Part shown: in pieces, positions 6,663 through 8,899 of the stretch
Position numbering within the stretch: the stretch's first letter is position 1
Layout of the letters: the number at the start of each line of letters is the position of its first letter
Translations under genes and position numbers: made by a program
Assembly (NCBI RefSeq): GCF_006345805.1
Contig: NW_021828232.1
Coordinates: forward strand, 1-8,899
Reading direction: 5' to 3'
Source: Octopus sinensis
Lineage: Eukaryota
DNA length: 8,899 nt
Notes under the pieces: model-generated
The model's input: the letters and a program-made list of their open reading frames with translations, nothing else
Told to the model about the DNA's origin: nothing
Database searches by the model: none

Positions 6663-7059
6663 ACTCTTTTACTCTTTCACTCTTTTACTTGTTTCTGTCA
6701 TTTGACTGCGGCCATGCTGGAGCACCACCTTTAATCAGGCAACTCAACCCTGGAACTTATTCTTTTGTAAGCCCAGTACTTATTTTATCGGTCTCTTTTT
6801 GCTGAACCGCTAAGTGACGGGGACGTAAACACACCAGCATCGGTTGTCAATCAATGCTAGGGGGACAAACACAGACACACAAACACACACACACACACAC
6901 ATATATATACATATAAATGACAGGCTTCTTTCAGTTTCCGTCTACCAAATCCACTCACAAGGCTTTGGTCGACCCGGGGCTATAGCAGAAGACTCTTGCC
7001 CAAGATGCCATGCAGTGGGACTGAACCCGGAACCATGTGGTTGGTTAGCAAGCTACTTA
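6663..7059 (-). mobile_element. SINE family A, copy 7 (missing about 21 nt of the head)
   Basis: Reverse complement of copy 1; the head ends at AGCTACTTA and runs into a TA array; TA run also on the tail side. Confidence 0.93.
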
Positions 7060-7187
7060 TATATACATATATATATAATATATATATATATATATACAAA
7101 AAGCAATAAAGATTCAAGTTAATTTCTTGTTGCTTCTTTCTCGCTTATATATATATATATAACTCACACTCCACCCTTGGTTTTCCC

Positions 7188-7400
7188 ACTCTTACCTCCC
7201 CCACATCCCAACACCATCACACCACACTACACACCACCACACCATACACCACCATACCACACAACATCACATCACATCACACCACACCACCACACACACA
7301 CTACCACTGACCACTTCCTAGCTCCACACCAACCATACACCTACACATACACACACATCACGGTCACCAGCCCTCTTCCACACACACACAAACATACATG
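7188..7400. repeat. Degenerate CAC/CACCA/CACAT low-complexity repeat
   Basis: Direct reading. Confidence 0.85.
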
Positions 7401-7674
7401 CTCTCTTATACACATGCACGCGCACCTTCGTTTTGGGATCACCACTACTTTATTATCTCCCCTTCTTCCTGGCTCTCCTGTGTGAACCCTCTGTCCAGCA
7501 TTCGCCATGATAGATTACCAACCACTACACATTCTTTATTTTCTCTCCTTGTTTCTCCCTGTGTTCCTTTCTGTGGACACTTTCTGTGCCCTATCAGTAT
7601 TTGCAAAGGGAAGTCTTCCTTCCCATCTCCAACCTCACGTGATACACACAGATCCGAGTTTCAGGTATTGACCC

Positions 7675-8237
7675 ATATATATGTGTGTGTGTGTGTCTGT
7701 GTGTGTGTCTGTGTGTGTGTCTGTGTACACACGCACATGTATGTATGATAGAGATGATATGTTTCTTTATTAATGATAATGATAATGAGATGATAATGAT
7801 GTATATGTGTGTATGAGTATGTGTGTGCATGTGTGTGTCTATGTCTGTATATGTATGTGTGAATATGTGTGTGTATATGTGTGTATGTGTGTGTAAATGT
7901 GTGTATGTACATGTGTGTACGTGTGTGTGTGTGTGTTTGCATATATATTTGTGTATATGTATGTATAAATATGTGTATATGTGTGTGTGTCTGTGTATAT
8001 GTGAGCATATGTGTGCGTGCGTGTGTGTTTGTATGTATGTGTGTGTGTATGTGTGTGTGACAGCAGTGTCCTCAAGTAGAGAGTTAAAAGTACTCAAGAC
8101 TTCTCTATAATCTTAAGTACACGTGTATGTGTCTGTGTGTGTGTGTGTTCGTCCATGTCGCAGAACAGCTTCAGCTGTGACCTACTAACACATACACACA
8201 CACACACATATTCACTCAGACGTGTGTATATGTGTCA

Positions 8238-8269
<32 letters not shown>

Positions 8270-8422
8270 GTGGGCGTGTGTATGTGTGTGGGTGTGTGTA
8301 TGGGAGTATACACATGTTCTGTTTATTGAGTTTAACAGAGAGGTACCAGCCACACGCACCCACATTAACCCACACAAACATACACAGATATAGATATATA
8401 ATATGTACATACACACACACAC
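7675..8422. repeat. Compound (TG)/(TA)/(CA) microsatellite arrays with short unique spacers
   Basis: Direct reading; includes GTGTGTGTCT 10-mer repeats near 7690-7725 and (ATA/ATG)n near 7772-7801. Confidence 0.9.
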
Positions 8423-8425
8423 ATA

Positions 8426-8507
8426 GCCATCTGTTTCACCAGTCCTCAGTCAAACCGTCCAACCCATGCCAGCATGGAAAGCAGATGTTAAACAATGATG
8501 ATGATGA
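8426..8507 (+). mobile_element. 5'-truncated retroposon 3' tail (RTE-type, (GAT)n-ended)
   Basis: AAACCGTCCAACCCATGCCAGCATGGAAAGCAGATGTTAAACAATGATGATGATGA, with hairpin CCATGC-CA-GCATGG (8464-8477) before the (TGA)n tail. Recalled as the end of a common octopus repeat; not verified. Confidence 0.65.
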
Positions 8508-8513
8508 AGAAGA

Positions 8514-8697
8514 TACATATATGTATACCTACATATATGCATACATATACATACATGTATTTATACATACATATACATACATATATACATACATATATAC
8601 ATATACATATATATATACATATATACATACAAACATATATATATATTTACATACATATATACATACACACATACATACATATATATATATGTATATT

Positions 8698-8746
<49 letters not shown>

Positions 8747-8789
8747 ATGTATGTATGTATGTATGTATGTATATATATACACACACAGA

Positions 8790-8820
<31 letters not shown>

Positions 8821-8826
8821 GTATAA
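8514..8826. repeat. (TA)/(TACA)/(TATG) array
   Basis: Direct reading. Confidence 0.95.
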
Positions 8827-8828
8827 CA

Positions 8829-8899
8829 TCATGGAATTTGTATCTTTGTGGTACCATTGCCGGTGGCACATAAGAAAGCCATCCGACGTGGCCATAGCC
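8829..8899 (+). mobile_element. Start of another interspersed repeat fragment, cut by the window edge
   Basis: GGTACCATTGCCGGTGGCACATAAGAAAGCCATCCGACGTGGCC resembles the internal unit of the repeat family that carries the 8426-8507 tail (recollection only). Confidence 0.4.

Noticed and set aside
483-7059. CRISPR array or bacterial repeat system
   Set aside because: The repeats are ~400-bp dispersed SINEs in both orientations, with no regular repeat-spacer period and no cas-like ORFs.

Overview
Non-coding, repeat-saturated eukaryotic DNA. The repeat families and (TA)/(TG) microsatellite load resemble an octopus/coleoid cephalopod genome (recognised from memory, not searched). No full protein-coding gene, rRNA, true tRNA or CRISPR is supported, and the long listed ORFs are microsatellite, low-complexity or repeat read-throughs. 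Contents: seven copies of one tRNA-derived, CORE-like SINE family (family A, two subfamilies, both strands); two further SINE families with related heads; a nested cluster at 2507-3726 (two tandem mariner 3' ends interrupted by an RTE-like LINE 3' end and by two SINE copies); TA-embedded fragments with Penelope-like architecture; one weak candidate coding exon (396-479); and long microsatellite arrays. The most interesting signal is a palindromic element at 6435-6582 holding two back-to-back degenerate minimal hammerhead ribozyme motifs, one per strand. Their mutations complement each other, so the canonical CUGANGA core can be rebuilt from the pair.
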